A DNA stretch of 64,000 nt from assembly GCA_046483495.1 (NCBI GenBank), contig JAWODC010000009.1, forward strand, positions 54,826 through 118,825, given 5' to 3'. This document shows positions 29,620-40,653 of the stretch, in pieces. The notes beneath the pieces were generated by a model that was not told the DNA's origin, ran no database searches, and saw nothing but the letters and a program-made list of their open reading frames with translations. A program made the translations under genes and the position numbers. Within the stretch, counting starts at the first letter, position 1. The number at the start of each line of letters is the position of its first letter. Origin of the DNA: Desulfobacterales bacterium. GTDB lineage: Bacteria > Desulfobacterota > Desulfobacteria > Desulfobacterales > UBA5616.

Positions 29620-31152
29620 TTACTGCTCCAGGGTGATCGGGTGGATTTTGAGATACTCCAGACGGTTAAGCCCGTTGATATAAGCCTTGGCGCTGGCCGT
29701 GATGATGTCGGGGTCGGCGCCCCTGCCCAGCGCAATCAGGCCGTTTTCCCTGAGGCGCACCGTTACTTCCCCCTGTGCATCCGTACCGCCCGTCAATGCG
29801 CTGATGGTGAATCGCAATAGTTCCGAATGGGTCCCCGCAAGCGTCGAAATCGTATTATATGCGGCGTCTATGGGACCGTTGCCGTAGCCTGCGCCTTTGA
29901 CCGGCCTGCCGTTAATGTTCAGAACTACGCTTGCCATCGGCATGACGGTCGTTCCGCTGCTGACGTGCAGGTATTCCAGATTGAATGTTTCCGCTGTTCG
30001 AAGCACACCTTCCTGGACGAGCGCCTCTAAGTCTTCATCCAGTACATGCTTCTTTTTATCGGCCAGGTCTTTGAATTTTTTGAATACGGTATTCAGTTCG
30101 CCCGGCGACAGATCGTATCCCATTTCCTTTAAATGGTCGTGCAATGCATGCCGGCCCGAATGCTTTCCCAGTACGAGCTTGTTGGCGCTCAGCCCGACGG
30201 TCTCCGGCTTCATGATTTCATAGGTCATCGGGTTGACCAGGACGCCGTGCTGGTGAATGCCGGCTTCATGGGCGAAGGCATTGGCGCCCACGATGGCCTT
30301 GTTGGGCTGTACCATCATGCCGGTAATGGTGCTGACGAGTCGGCTTGTCGGATAGATGTATTCCGTCTTGATTCCGGTCGTAAATGGAAAGAAGTTCGGC
30401 CGGGTGTGAAGGGCCATGACCACCTCTTCCAGTGAGGTGTTTCCCGCCCGTTCGCCGATGCCGTTGATGCAGACCTCCGCCTGCCTGGCGCCGGCTTCGA
30501 TGGCCGCCAGCGTATTGGCCGTAGCGAGGCCCAGGTCATTGTGGCAGTGGATGCTGAGGATTACCTTGTGCATGTTGGGGGTGCGGCTTCTGACATATCG
30601 CACTAATTCGGCGAATTCACCGGGAATGGCATATCCGACCGTATCCGGCAGGTTGATGGTGGTTGCGCCTGCTTCAATGGCTGCTTCGAATACCTTGCAC
30701 ATAAAATCCCGGTCGCTTCGGGAGCCGTCTTCAGCGGAAAACTCGATGTCGTCCGTGAACGACTTGGCATAGGAAACGGCATTCACCGTTGCCGCCAGCA
30801 CCTGCTCCCGTGACATCTTCAATTTTTCCGCCATATGAAGATCAGAGGTGGCGATGAAAATGTGAATGCGTTTGTGGGGGGCGTGTTTCACCGCATTCCA
30901 GGCCAGATCAATGTCCTTTTTATCCGTTCTGGACAGTCCGGCTATCGTGATGTGCTTCAGTTTTTTGGCGATTTCGGAAACCGCTTCGAAATCGCCGTCC
31001 GATGCCGCCGGGAAGCCGGTCTCGATCACATCCACCCCCAGCTTTTCCATTTGGGTCGCCAGGCGCAGTTTTTCCGCCGTATTCATGCTTGCGCCGGGCG
31101 ACTGCTCCCCGTCCCGGAGTGTGGTATCGAAAATAATGACGTTTTCACTCAT
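29620..31152 (-). CDS. leuA: 2-isopropylmalate synthase
   Basis: DTTLRDGEQSPG, HCHNDLG, GERAGN, LGKHSG and C-terminal regulatory domain. Confidence 0.95.
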   Translation of the reverse strand: MSENVIIFDTTLRDGEQSPGASMNTAEKLRLATQMEKLGVDVIETGFPAASDGDFEAVSEIAKKLKHITIAGLSRTDKKDIDLAWNAVKHAPHKRIHIFIATSDLHMAEKLKMSREQVLAATVNAVSYAKSFTDDIEFSAEDGSRSDRDFMCKVFEAAIEAGATTINLPDTVGYAIPGEFAELVRYVRSRTPNMHKVILSIHCHNDLGLATANTLAAIEAGARQAEVCINGIGERAGNTSLEEVVMALHTRPNFFPFTTGIKTEYIYPTSRLVSTITGMMVQPNKAIVGANAFAHEAGIHQHGVLVNPMTYEIMKPETVGLSANKLVLGKHSGRHALHDHLKEMGYDLSPGELNTVFKKFKDLADKKKHVLDEDLEALVQEGVLRTAETFNLEYLHVSSGTTVMPMASVVLNINGRPVKGAGYGNGPIDAAYNTISTLAGTHSELLRFTISALTGGTDAQGEVTVRLRENGLIALGRGADPDIITASAKAYINGLNRLEYLKIHPITLEQ

Positions 31153-31396
31153 TGGTGTTCTCCCTGTTGACGTTTTAAGATTCGTTCGTATTTCAACGGT
31201 TCATGTGAGAGAAAACATCCCTGAAGCATTGGCCGCGGGATTTCGATATGGTGTAATCCCGCGGCGTTTTTCCTCCAATTGGGTTTCATAAAATAAGTCC
31301 TTTCAAATAAGCCGCTTTTATATCAAAAACGCGGTATTATTCAAGGCAAAAATCCTTCCGTACGGCATCGGGCCGGCGCTCTCGTAAAGCGCCGGC

Positions 31397-33001
31397 TCAC
31401 AATGAAGCATCCTGTTCGCGCGAGGAGGCGCTCAGCTTGCAGTGAAAGCTGTCCGCTAAGGCCTGCCAGCTTGCTTCGATGATGTCTTCGGATACTCCGA
31501 CAGTCGTCCAGATGCCGTCGGGATCCCGTGATTCAATCAGTACCCGCACCTTGGCCGATGTTCCTTTTTCCCCGTCCATGACACGGACTTTAAAGTCGAC
31601 AAGTCCCATTTCCTCCAGGTTCGGGAAAAATTTGTCCAGAGCCTTTCGAAGGGCGTTGTCGAGGGCGCTGACCGGACCCTGGCCTTCGGCGGCGGTAATT
31701 TCCGTCTGCCCGTCCACGGAAATTTTAATCGTCGCATGCGATCGGCAGTGCCTGTCTTTATCTTTTTCGATCGACACACGAAACGATTCCAATTCGAATT
31801 TCGGGTCGAACCGGTCGGTGAATTTTTCCATCAGAATCTTGAATGAACCATCGGCGATATCGAATTGATACCCTTCCTGCTCCATTCGCTTTATCTCGGA
31901 GACGATTTTCCGGCTGTCGAAACCGGTTTTCCCCGGATAAATGCCGAGTTCTTTGGCCTTGTATTCGATATTGCTTTTGCCGGACAGGTCCGAAATCAGC
32001 ACACGGCGCTTGTTTCCCACCAGCTCCGGATCGATATGCTCGTAGGCTGCCGGGGTTTTCATGATCGCGCTGACATGTACGCCGCCTTTATGGGTAAACG
32101 CGCTCTTTCCAACAAACGGGCGACCGCCGACAGGCGCCATGTTCGCCGTTTCGCTGACAAACCGGGACAGCTGCCGAATTTTTTTCAGCTGCTCCGGAGA
32201 AATGCAGGGCCGGTTCATTTTAAGGCAAAGGACAGGAATGATGGCCGTTAAATCCGCGTTGCCGCATCGTTCGCCGTAGCCGTTGATCGTCCCCTGGACC
32301 ATTTCGGCACCGGCTTCTACGGCGGCAATCGTGTTGGCCACCCCCAGACCGCAGTCGTTATGGGCGTGAATGCCGATCGTTATCGGGCGTCCGGCCGCGT
32401 GGGCTTCTGCGGTTTCTTGCACATCCGCGATGATGTTTTCCACTTCCTTGGGCAGAGATCCCCCGTTGGTATCGCAGAGGACAACGGTGTCACTGCCGCC
32501 GTCGATGGCTGCGAGCACCGTTTTCAATGCATAATCCCTGTCGGCCTTGTATCCGTCGAAGAAATGCTCCGCATCGTAAATCACCGTACGGCCTTGGGAT
32601 GTGAGGTGAGAAACGGAATCCCGAATCATGAGCAGATTTTCTTCCAAAGGTATGCGCATGATATCCCGCACGTGAAAATTCCAGCTTTTGCCGAAGATGG
32701 TGACCGTCCGCGTTTCACCGTCCAAGAGCGCGTTCAAATTAGGATCCTGATCCGGAGGTGTGTGGGGCTTTCTTGTGGAACCGAACGCCGTGATGCGGGA
32801 ATTTTCAAAGGGGGTATGGCGAATGAGTTCAAAAAACCGCCGGTCCCTCGGATTGGATCCCGGCCATCCGCCCTCGATGAAATGTATTCCGATACCGTCA
32901 AGACGCCTGGCGATTTTGATCTTTTCCTCAGCCGTGAAGTTGATATTTTCACCCTGGGTGCCGTCCCTCAAGGTGGTGTCATATAATTGTATCGGTTTCA
33001 T
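31397..33001 (-). CDS. cimA: Citramalate synthase
   Basis: DTTLRDGTQ, EGGWPGSNP, YDAEHFFDG and HKGGVH motifs. Confidence 0.9.
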   Translation of the reverse strand: MKPIQLYDTTLRDGTQGENINFTAEEKIKIARRLDGIGIHFIEGGWPGSNPRDRRFFELIRHTPFENSRITAFGSTRKPHTPPDQDPNLNALLDGETRTVTIFGKSWNFHVRDIMRIPLEENLLMIRDSVSHLTSQGRTVIYDAEHFFDGYKADRDYALKTVLAAIDGGSDTVVLCDTNGGSLPKEVENIIADVQETAEAHAAGRPITIGIHAHNDCGLGVANTIAAVEAGAEMVQGTINGYGERCGNADLTAIIPVLCLKMNRPCISPEQLKKIRQLSRFVSETANMAPVGGRPFVGKSAFTHKGGVHVSAIMKTPAAYEHIDPELVGNKRRVLISDLSGKSNIEYKAKELGIYPGKTGFDSRKIVSEIKRMEQEGYQFDIADGSFKILMEKFTDRFDPKFELESFRVSIEKDKDRHCRSHATIKISVDGQTEITAAEGQGPVSALDNALRKALDKFFPNLEEMGLVDFKVRVMDGEKGTSAKVRVLIESRDPDGIWTTVGVSEDIIEASWQALADSFHCKLSASSREQDASL

Positions 33002-33051
33002 TTCAAACTCCCGGTTCCTTTACAGAGGCTGCGGATTTTCCAACCTCTGTT

Positions 33052-34104
33052 TCATTTTTTTCGGTTTTCGGGACGCAGGGCCCGAACGGCGGCGCCGGCT
33101 TGCCACATTTCCGAATTTCGAATGGCCTCGAGCTCTTTGTTGAGCTTTTCGAGATAATCCGGTGCACTGTTCGCCGCCAGAACCCGCTGGGTTTCCTTTC
33201 CGGAAACCACGCGGTCATAGAGTTCATCGAATACGGGCGCCACCGCGTCCCGGAATTTCGGCGCCCAGTCCAGTGCGCCACGCTGTGCGGTTGTGCTGCA
33301 GTTGGCAAACATCCAGTCCATCCCGTTTTCCGCAACGAGGCGTATCAGGCTTTGGGTGAGCTCTTCAACCGTTTCGTTAAAGGCCTCACTCGGGGAGTGG
33401 CCGTGCCTGCGGAGCAAACGGTACTGGGCTTCCATGACGCCGGCAAGACACCCCATGAGTACGCCGCGTTCACCCGTCAAATCACTGTAGACTTCTTTTT
33501 CGAACGTGGTGGGAAACAGGTATCCGGATCCGATGGCGATGCCGATGGCAAGCGTCCGCTCATCGGCGCGGCCCGTATAATCCTGGAAAACGGCATAACT
33601 GGAGTTGATGCCGCTGCCGTCTAAAAAATTTCGCCGCACGTTCGTTCCGGAACCCTTTGGCGCAACCAGAATTACATCGACATGATCCGGTGGGATTACT
33701 CCGGTTTGGTCCTTGTAAACGATGGAAAAACCGTGGGAAAAGTACAAGGCGTCCCCCGGGTTCAGGCATTCCTTCACCATCGGCCACGTGGCCACCTGTC
33801 CGGCGTCCGACAGCAGTTCCTGGACAATGGTTCCCCGCCGGGCGGCTTCCTTTATCGGATAAAGGGTTTCGCCGGGGACAAAACCGTCTGCAACGGCTTT
33901 CTTCCAGTAGGCATCCCCTTCGATTTGGCCGATAATGGGGGAAAACCCGTTGTCCCGCAAATTCAGTGCCTGTGCGGGACCCTGAACACCATAGCCCAGT
34001 ATGGCGATGGTTTCGTCTTTGAGGATTTCCTTTGCCCTGTCCAAGGGAAATTCCTCCAGTGTAATTACGTCTTCCATAATCCCGCCGAAATCGATTTTTG
34101 CCAT
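33052..34104 (-). CDS. ilvC: Ketol-acid reductoisomerase
   Basis: GYGVQG, SHGF, VAPKG and EVYSDLTGERG motifs. Confidence 0.93.
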   Translation of the reverse strand: MAKIDFGGIMEDVITLEEFPLDRAKEILKDETIAILGYGVQGPAQALNLRDNGFSPIIGQIEGDAYWKKAVADGFVPGETLYPIKEAARRGTIVQELLSDAGQVATWPMVKECLNPGDALYFSHGFSIVYKDQTGVIPPDHVDVILVAPKGSGTNVRRNFLDGSGINSSYAVFQDYTGRADERTLAIGIAIGSGYLFPTTFEKEVYSDLTGERGVLMGCLAGVMEAQYRLLRRHGHSPSEAFNETVEELTQSLIRLVAENGMDWMFANCSTTAQRGALDWAPKFRDAVAPVFDELYDRVVSGKETQRVLAANSAPDYLEKLNKELEAIRNSEMWQAGAAVRALRPENRKK

Positions 34105-34187
34105 GTCAATCTCCTTTTTTATGGATTGCGGTGTGTTTTTGTTAATTCAGCCCCGCAGTTAACCTTCTTGGGCTGTGGTTTTGCCGG

Positions 34188-34676
34188 TCACTTCGTTTCC
34201 CTGAACAGCGCGACAACCCCGGTTTTTACGATTTCCTTTATGCCGATGGGGTTGAGAAGGTTCAACAGAGCCATCAGTTTTCCGGAACTGCCGGTGACTT
34301 CCAGCGTATAGTGGCTCAATCCCACATCCACGATCTTGCATCGAAAAATATCCACAATTCTCAGGATTTCCGCCCGGTTTTCCGGCAGCGCCTTCACTTT
34401 GATAAGGGCCATTTCGCGCTCCACAAAATCGCTGCCCGTCAATTCATACACCTTGATGACATTGATGAGTTTGTTCAACTGTTTTTTGATTTGCTCAACG
34501 ACCGGCATATCGGCCGAGGTGACAACCGTTATCCTGGAAATTTTCGGATCCGTGGTTTCCGCAACGCTGAGGCTGTCGATGTTGTACCCGCGGCCGCTGA
34601 ACAGACCCGAAATCCTGGAAAGAACACCGGGTTCGTTGTCTACGAGAATCGACAGCACGTGCCGTTCGTTTTTCAT
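34188..34676 (-). CDS. ilvN: Acetolactate synthase small subunit
   Basis: LVDNEPGVLSRISGLFSGRGYNIDSL and QLNKL motifs; ATG 34676 after GGAG (the track's 35195 start overlaps ilvB). Confidence 0.93.
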   Translation of the reverse strand: MKNERHVLSILVDNEPGVLSRISGLFSGRGYNIDSLSVAETTDPKISRITVVTSADMPVVEQIKKQLNKLINVIKVYELTGSDFVEREMALIKVKALPENRAEILRIVDIFRCKIVDVGLSHYTLEVTGSSGKLMALLNLLNPIGIKEIVKTGVVALFRETK

Positions 34677-34693
34677 GTCGGAATCTCCTTGTG

Positions 34694-36379
34694 TTAAGCC
34701 AGAAGCATTTCCGTGATCGGTGCTCCCGACGGGACCATGGGGTAAACACACTCCTCCGGTTCGACGACAAAATCCATAATGACCGTTTTCGGTGAAGCGA
34801 GTCCTTCCCTCAGCACCGGTTCTACTTCCTCGACTTTTTCGGCCCTCAAGCCCAGAGCGCCGTAGGCATGGGCGAGTTTGACAAAATCGGGACCGTAAGC
34901 CATGCAGGTATGGGAATACCGCTTTTGATAGAACAGCTCCTGCCACTGCCGAACCATCCCCAGAAATCCATTGTTTAAAATTACCACCTTCACCGGAAGC
35001 CGATGTTCCAGCGCAGTGGCCATCTCCTGGATGTTCATTTGAATGCTTCCGTCTCCGGCGATATCCACCACCAGCTTGTCCGGGCAGGCGACCTGCGCAC
35101 CGATGGCGGCCGGCAGACCGAACCCCATGCAACCCAGACCTCCCGAGGTGATAAAATGGTTGGGGCGGTCGAAATGGTAGTATTGTGCCGCCCACATTTG
35201 GTTTTGTCCCACTTCCGTCGTAATGATGGCGTTTCCGTGTGTCAGTTCATACAGTTTTTCCACCACATACTGCGGTTTGATGACCGTCGATTGCTTGTAG
35301 GCCAGGGGTTTGGTGCTTTTCCATTCCTCGATCCGGTTGAGCCACTCCTGTCGTTGGGCTGGAAATTCGGCGAAATCCTCTTTCTCGAGCAGCGTATTCA
35401 TATGGGTCAGCGCGGCGTTGCAGTCCCCGACGATGGGAATGGAAACGGGTATGTTTTTATGGATCGAGGTGGGATCGATATCGACGTGTACGATGGTGGC
35501 CTGTGATGCAAAAGCATCCGTTTTGCCGGTCACCCGATCGTCGAACCGGACTCCCACGGCAATCATCAGGTCGCAATTCGCCGTGGCCATGTTGGCCCTG
35601 TAAGTGCCGTGCATCCCCAGCATGCCGAGCCACAGCGGATCGGAGCCCGGAAAGGCGCCCATTCCCATCAGGGAGCCCAATACGGGGATTTGGGTTTTTC
35701 GGGCGAATTCGGTCAACGCATTCGACGCCTTGGACAGAATGACCCCGCCGCCTGCAAAAATAACCGGCCGCCGGGATTTCCGGACAAGGTTGACCACTTT
35801 TTGAAGCTGCTTGGTGTTGGGGCTGTAATTGGGATGATAGGACCTGAGTTTCGGAGGATCCGGCTTCCGGTAATCGATTTGGGCATTCATCACATCCTTT
35901 GGGAGATCGACCAGCACCGGGCCGGGGCGTCCCGACCTGGCGATGTGAAATGCCTCCTTGACGATTTCGGCCAAATCTTCGGTGCGCTTTACCAGGTAGT
36001 TGTGCTTGGTGCAGGGCCGGGTGATGCCCACGATATCGACTTCCTGAAAGGCGTCGTTGCCGATGAGGTGGGTGGGAACCTGGCCGGTGAACACGACCAC
36101 GGGAATGGAATCCATGTTCGCCGATGCAATTCCCGTTACGGTGTTCGTGGCGCCGGGACCGGAGGTCACCAGGCAAACGCCGACCTTGCCGCTCGCACGT
36201 GCATATCCATCGGCGGCATGCACGGCGCCCTGTTCATGGCGGACCAGGATATGTCGAATATCCGTACGCAGGAGTTCGTCATAGACGTCCAGCACAACGC
36301 CTCCCGGATACCCGAATATTGTGTCGACACCTTCTTCTTTTAGGGTTTTCATCAATATTTGAGTGCCTTTAAGTTTCAT
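34694..36379 (-). CDS. ilvB: Acetolactate synthase large subunit
   Basis: FGYPGG, RHEQ, TSGPGATN, RFDDRVTG, GDGS and MVRQWQ motifs. Confidence 0.96.
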   Translation of the reverse strand: MKLKGTQILMKTLKEEGVDTIFGYPGGVVLDVYDELLRTDIRHILVRHEQGAVHAADGYARASGKVGVCLVTSGPGATNTVTGIASANMDSIPVVVFTGQVPTHLIGNDAFQEVDIVGITRPCTKHNYLVKRTEDLAEIVKEAFHIARSGRPGPVLVDLPKDVMNAQIDYRKPDPPKLRSYHPNYSPNTKQLQKVVNLVRKSRRPVIFAGGGVILSKASNALTEFARKTQIPVLGSLMGMGAFPGSDPLWLGMLGMHGTYRANMATANCDLMIAVGVRFDDRVTGKTDAFASQATIVHVDIDPTSIHKNIPVSIPIVGDCNAALTHMNTLLEKEDFAEFPAQRQEWLNRIEEWKSTKPLAYKQSTVIKPQYVVEKLYELTHGNAIITTEVGQNQMWAAQYYHFDRPNHFITSGGLGCMGFGLPAAIGAQVACPDKLVVDIAGDGSIQMNIQEMATALEHRLPVKVVILNNGFLGMVRQWQELFYQKRYSHTCMAYGPDFVKLAHAYGALGLRAEKVEEVEPVLREGLASPKTVIMDFVVEPEECVYPMVPSGAPITEMLLA

Positions 36380-36449
36380 TGCATTATTTCCATTTCGGCG
36401 GGGAAAATCCCGCATGTTAATTTCGGTACAAAGTCATGCCGACCAAGCC

Positions 36450-38123
36450 TCATGTCATCACCGCCCCCTTGTCCGCGGAAGAAACCCGAGCGGCATATCG
36501 GGCCATGTAGCCGTGTTTGATCTTCAGTTCGGGGGGGTGCCAATTCTCAAGCCGGTTTCTCATTTCGGATTCGTCGATACGCAGCGTAAGCGTCTTCTTC
36601 GGGATGTCGATCGAAATCATATCCCCGTTACGGATAACGGCAATCGGCCCGCCCTGCATGGCCTCGGGGGAAACGTGACCAATGGCCGCGCCCCGGGTCC
36701 CGCCTGAAAACCGGCCGTCGGTGATCAACGCGACACAATCATCCATTCCCATTCCGGCGATGGCGGATGTGGGCGTCAGCATCTCCCGCATCCCCGGCCC
36801 CCCCATGGGACCCTCATACCGGACCACGATGACATCGCCTTTTTCGATTTTACCGGATAAAATGACCTCGGTGGCATCCTCTTCCGAGTCGAAAACACGG
36901 GCGGGGCCTGTATGGGAAAGCATTTCATCGAGAACGGCCGATTGCTTGACGACACAGCCGTCCGGCGCAAGATTGCCAAACAATACGGCCAGTCCGCCTT
37001 CCGTATGGTAGGGATTTTCCGGCGGTCGAATGACATCCGGGTTCAGGACCCGGCATTGGGAGATATTTTCTCCGATGGTCCGACCGGTTACCGTGATGCA
37101 GTCTTCCCGGATAAGACCGATTCCGGCAAGGACTTTCATCACCGCGGGAATTCCGCCGGCGTGGTCAAGGTCTTCGATATGGTGGATCCCTCCCGGACTC
37201 AGTGAGCACAGGTGCGGGGTTTTCTCACTGATGCTGTTGATCAGGTTCAGATCGATCGATATGCCCGCTTCATGGGCAATCGCCGGGAGGTGCAGCACGG
37301 TGTTGGTCGAACAACCGAGTGCCATATCCACGGTCAGGGCATTGATAAACGCCGACTGGGTCATTATTTTTTTCGGGGTGATATTGCGGTTCAAGAGATC
37401 GATAACGCGCATTCCGGCTTGCTTTGCAAGACGTATCCGTTTTGCCATAACGGCGGGAATCGTGCCGTTGCCGGGAAGCCCCATCCCGACGGCTTCGGTA
37501 AGGCAATTCATGGAATTTGCCGTGAACATGCCGGCACATGATCCGCAGGTCGGGCAGGCTTCATTTTCGATTTTTTCCAGTTCATCCTCGGTCATGCGAC
37601 CCGAACGCACGGCGCCGACGGCTTCGAATACGGAGATCAAGTCCAATTTGCCTGCGGCTCCGTCGCCGCCGGGCAGCTTTCCCGCGAGCATGGGGCCGCC
37701 GCTGATCACTACGGTCGGAAGGTCCAGCCGTGCGGATGCCATGAGCATTCCGGGAACGATCTTGTCGCAGTTGGTGACCATGATTATCGCGTCAAATGCA
37801 TGAGCCTTCGCCATGACTTCAATGGAATCGGCAATGAGTTCACGGCTGCCGAGGGAATATTTCATCCCTGTGTGATTCATGGCGATGCCGTCGCAAACCC
37901 CGATGACGCCGAATTCCACGGGTAGTCCTCCCGCCATGTAAACGCCGGCTTTAACGGCTTCGGTAATGCGGTTTAAGTGGACATGGCCGGGGACAATGGC
38001 ACTTGCGGAATTGGCGATGCCCACAATCGGCCTTTTCACCTCTTCGTCGGTGTAACCCATGGACTTGAACAGCGCCCGGTGGGGGGCCCTCTCGATGCCT
38101 TTTTTCGCAATATCACTTTTCAT
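36450..38123 (-). CDS. ilvD: Dihydroxy-acid dehydratase
   Basis: [30 protein letters not shown] and TDGRFSG motifs. Confidence 0.96.
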   Translation of the reverse strand: MKSDIAKKGIERAPHRALFKSMGYTDEEVKRPIVGIANSASAIVPGHVHLNRITEAVKAGVYMAGGLPVEFGVIGVCDGIAMNHTGMKYSLGSRELIADSIEVMAKAHAFDAIIMVTNCDKIVPGMLMASARLDLPTVVISGGPMLAGKLPGGDGAAGKLDLISVFEAVGAVRSGRMTEDELEKIENEACPTCGSCAGMFTANSMNCLTEAVGMGLPGNGTIPAVMAKRIRLAKQAGMRVIDLLNRNITPKKIMTQSAFINALTVDMALGCSTNTVLHLPAIAHEAGISIDLNLINSISEKTPHLCSLSPGGIHHIEDLDHAGGIPAVMKVLAGIGLIREDCITVTGRTIGENISQCRVLNPDVIRPPENPYHTEGGLAVLFGNLAPDGCVVKQSAVLDEMLSHTGPARVFDSEEDATEVILSGKIEKGDVIVVRYEGPMGGPGMREMLTPTSAIAGMGMDDCVALITDGRFSGGTRGAAIGHVSPEAMQGGPIAVIRNGDMISIDIPKKTLTLRIDESEMRNRLENWHPPELKIKHGYMARYAARVSSADKGAVMT

Positions 38124-38160
38124 GATCCGGGTTTTCTCCATTTCTGAAAAATAGTTTCAT

Positions 38161-38209
38161 AAAAAAAAAGACCGTTATCAGCTTCGGGCTGATAACGGTC
38201 TTTTTTTTT
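38161..38209 (-). terminator. ilv attenuator terminator
   Basis: AGACCGTTATCAGC-CCGAA-GCTGATAACGGTCT followed by a T-run, upstream of ilvD. Confidence 0.88.
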
Positions 38210-38224
38210 AAATTTTGGGCTAAA

Positions 38225-38320
38225 TCAGGCCATTACCAACCCTTCCCCACCGTAGACGACGACGCCTACGACGAGGATAATAATAATGCCGATAAGGTTG
38301 TTAAGGGCCATAAGATTCAT
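38225..38320 (-). CDS. ilv operon leader peptide (31 aa)
   Basis: MNLMALNNLIGIIIILVVGVVVYGGEGLVMA*, directly before the terminator; below the ORF-track cutoff. Confidence 0.85.
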   Translation of the reverse strand: MNLMALNNLIGIIIILVVGVVVYGGEGLVMA

Positions 38321-38385
38321 TCAGATATCGATTCGCTTCAGCGCCCATCCTTAAATTGTGAGCGCAATTTAAAATTTAATGCCCT

Positions 38386-38414
38386 CTTTTAACGATGTTT
38401 GATACATATGTCAA
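38386..38414 (-). promoter_or_regulatory. Sigma-70 promoter of the ilv leader
   Basis: TTGACA-17-TAAAAG. Confidence 0.55.
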
Positions 38415-38484
38415 GAAATTTAAAAGCATGAAATGCGGGGGTGTTCAACCACCGGCAATTCGGGTCTGGAGTAGCGTAAAGTAA

Positions 38485-40455
38485 TTATTCTCTATAGATC
38501 AGATCCTTATGGGTATCGATCAACTGATTCACCACCAAAGGATCCGCCAGTGTGGTTGTATCTCCCAGGTCTTCATAGTCGTCCGATGCGATTTTTTTCA
38601 AGATCCGGCGCATGATTTTACCGGACCGTGTTTTGGGAAGCGCCGGTGAAAAATGGATAACGTCCGGCGTCGCAATGGGGCCGATTTCTTCTCGGACGTG
38701 GTTTTTCAGATTTTTTATAAGCACATTGTCCGGCATGACATTCACGCGAAGAGTGACATAGGCATAGATTCCCTGACCCTTAATCGGGTGCGGGAATCCG
38801 GTGACCGCCGCTTCCGCGACATCCGGGTGGGCGACCAGGGCGCTTTCCACCTCGGCGGTGCCCAGGCGGTGACCGGAGACGTTTATGACGTCGTCCACGC
38901 GGCCGGTAATCCAAAAGTAACCGTCTTCATCACGCCGGCAGCCGTCCCCTGTCAAATAATAGCCGTCAAACGGTAGAAAATACGTCTGCTCCAATCGCGT
39001 ATGATCTCCGAAAACGGTCCGCAATTGGCCGGGCCAGGGCTGCTCGATGGCCAACAGCCCCTGTCCGGTTCCATGGATTACGTCGCCTTTTTCCGTGAGC
39101 AGGACCGGCTTGACGGAAAAGAAGGGAAGGGCGGCGGAACCCGGTTTCTGGCCGATGGCATACGGCAGGGGGGAGATCATAATGCCGCCGGTTTCCGTCT
39201 GCCACCATGTATCGACGATCGGGCATCTTTCTTTTCCGACATGCTTGAAGTACCACATCCATGCTTCCGGGTTGATGGGCTCGCCGACGGTACCCAGCAG
39301 CCGGAGGCTGGACAGATCATAGGGAAGAACCCATTCTTCTCCCTGGGCCATCAGTGCTCGAATAGCGGTGGGCGCCGTATAAAACTGATGGATACGCCAT
39401 TTGTCCACCACGGCCCAGAATCGGCCCGGATCGGGATAATTCGGAACGCCTTCGAACATAAGCGTCACGGCGCCTTGAGAAAGCGGTCCGTATACGATAT
39501 AGCTGTGTCCGGTTATCCAGCCGATATCGGCTGTGCACCAGTATCGATCGCCGTCGTGGTAGTCGAAAATGTATTTGAACGAGACGCCCGTATACACCAT
39601 GTAGCCGCCCACCGTATGCTGTACGCCCTTTGGTTTTCCGGTGGAACCGGACGTATAGAGGATAAACAGGGGATCTTCTGCGTCCATCCACACGACCGGA
39701 CATTCCGGGTCGGCATCCTTGACCATGTCATGCCACCAGATGTCCCTGCCGGATGCCATGGGTATTTTCGCACGGCTCCTTTTCACCACGATGCAGTTGT
39801 GAACGCGATGATGGCGGCGTTCACAAATCGCCATGGCGGTATCGGCATTTCGCTTCAGATCGACGGCCTTATCCCCGCGCATGAACCCATCAGCGGTAAT
39901 CAATAATCTGCAGCCGCTGTCCAAAATGCGGTCCGCAAGGGCCTCCGCTGAAAATCCCCCGAATACGACACTGTGAACGGCTCCGATACGCGCGGCCGCA
40001 AGCATGGCAACGGCCAGTTCGGGGATCATCGGCATGTAGACGGCTACACGGTCCCCCTTTTTGATTCCAAGTGACCGCAGACAGTTGGCAAACCGACAGA
40101 CCTGATCATAGAGGTGTCCGTACGTCAGAACACGGTCTTCTCCCGGCGTGTTGCCCTCCCAGATCAACGCCGGTTGATGCCTTCTGCTTTCGAGGTGCCT
40201 GTCAATGCAGTTGTAAGTGATGTTTGTCTTGGCGCCGATGAACCATTGAATGTAAACAGGGCCTTTAGAAAGGTGAAAATTGTAATCCCGGACCGATGTC
40301 CATTTTTCTTCCCAAAAAAACGTTTCCGCCATATCCCCCCAGAACCCGTCCGGATCTTCCATGGATTTTCGGTAAAGTTCTTCATAATCATCCCTGGAAT
40401 TTATCCAGGCCTCTTTCCGATGGTTTCCCGATGCATGGAACATGAATCCATTCAT
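38485..40455 (-). CDS. acs: Acetyl-CoA synthetase
   Basis: [30 protein letters not shown] and [11 protein letters not shown] motifs. Confidence 0.95.
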   Translation of the reverse strand: MNGFMFHASGNHRKEAWINSRDDYEELYRKSMEDPDGFWGDMAETFFWEEKWTSVRDYNFHLSKGPVYIQWFIGAKTNITYNCIDRHLESRRHQPALIWEGNTPGEDRVLTYGHLYDQVCRFANCLRSLGIKKGDRVAVYMPMIPELAVAMLAAARIGAVHSVVFGGFSAEALADRILDSGCRLLITADGFMRGDKAVDLKRNADTAMAICERRHHRVHNCIVVKRSRAKIPMASGRDIWWHDMVKDADPECPVVWMDAEDPLFILYTSGSTGKPKGVQHTVGGYMVYTGVSFKYIFDYHDGDRYWCTADIGWITGHSYIVYGPLSQGAVTLMFEGVPNYPDPGRFWAVVDKWRIHQFYTAPTAIRALMAQGEEWVLPYDLSSLRLLGTVGEPINPEAWMWYFKHVGKERCPIVDTWWQTETGGIMISPLPYAIGQKPGSAALPFFSVKPVLLTEKGDVIHGTGQGLLAIEQPWPGQLRTVFGDHTRLEQTYFLPFDGYYLTGDGCRRDEDGYFWITGRVDDVINVSGHRLGTAEVESALVAHPDVAEAAVTGFPHPIKGQGIYAYVTLRVNVMPDNVLIKNLKNHVREEIGPIATPDVIHFSPALPKTRSGKIMRRILKKIASDDYEDLGDTTTLADPLVVNQLIDTHKDLIYRE

Positions 40456-40653
40456 GGCGGTCCTTTCGATATAGTCGGCAGTTATAATAGAAAGATAAGA
40501 TAGATCCATCAAAAAATGTATTTAATTCATAGTATGAATAATGCTTATCAGAATTGCAGGGCAATTACAATTTGTTTTATGAAGATACCGGTGGTATGAA
40601 ATTGGTTGTTGCAGGATGGGCACTTCTTTTCACCTATCGAACAGGAGGATACC

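Noticed and set aside
34677..35195. 173-aa N-terminal extension on ilvN
   Set aside because: It overlaps ilvB in another frame; a good RBS and ATG exist at 34676
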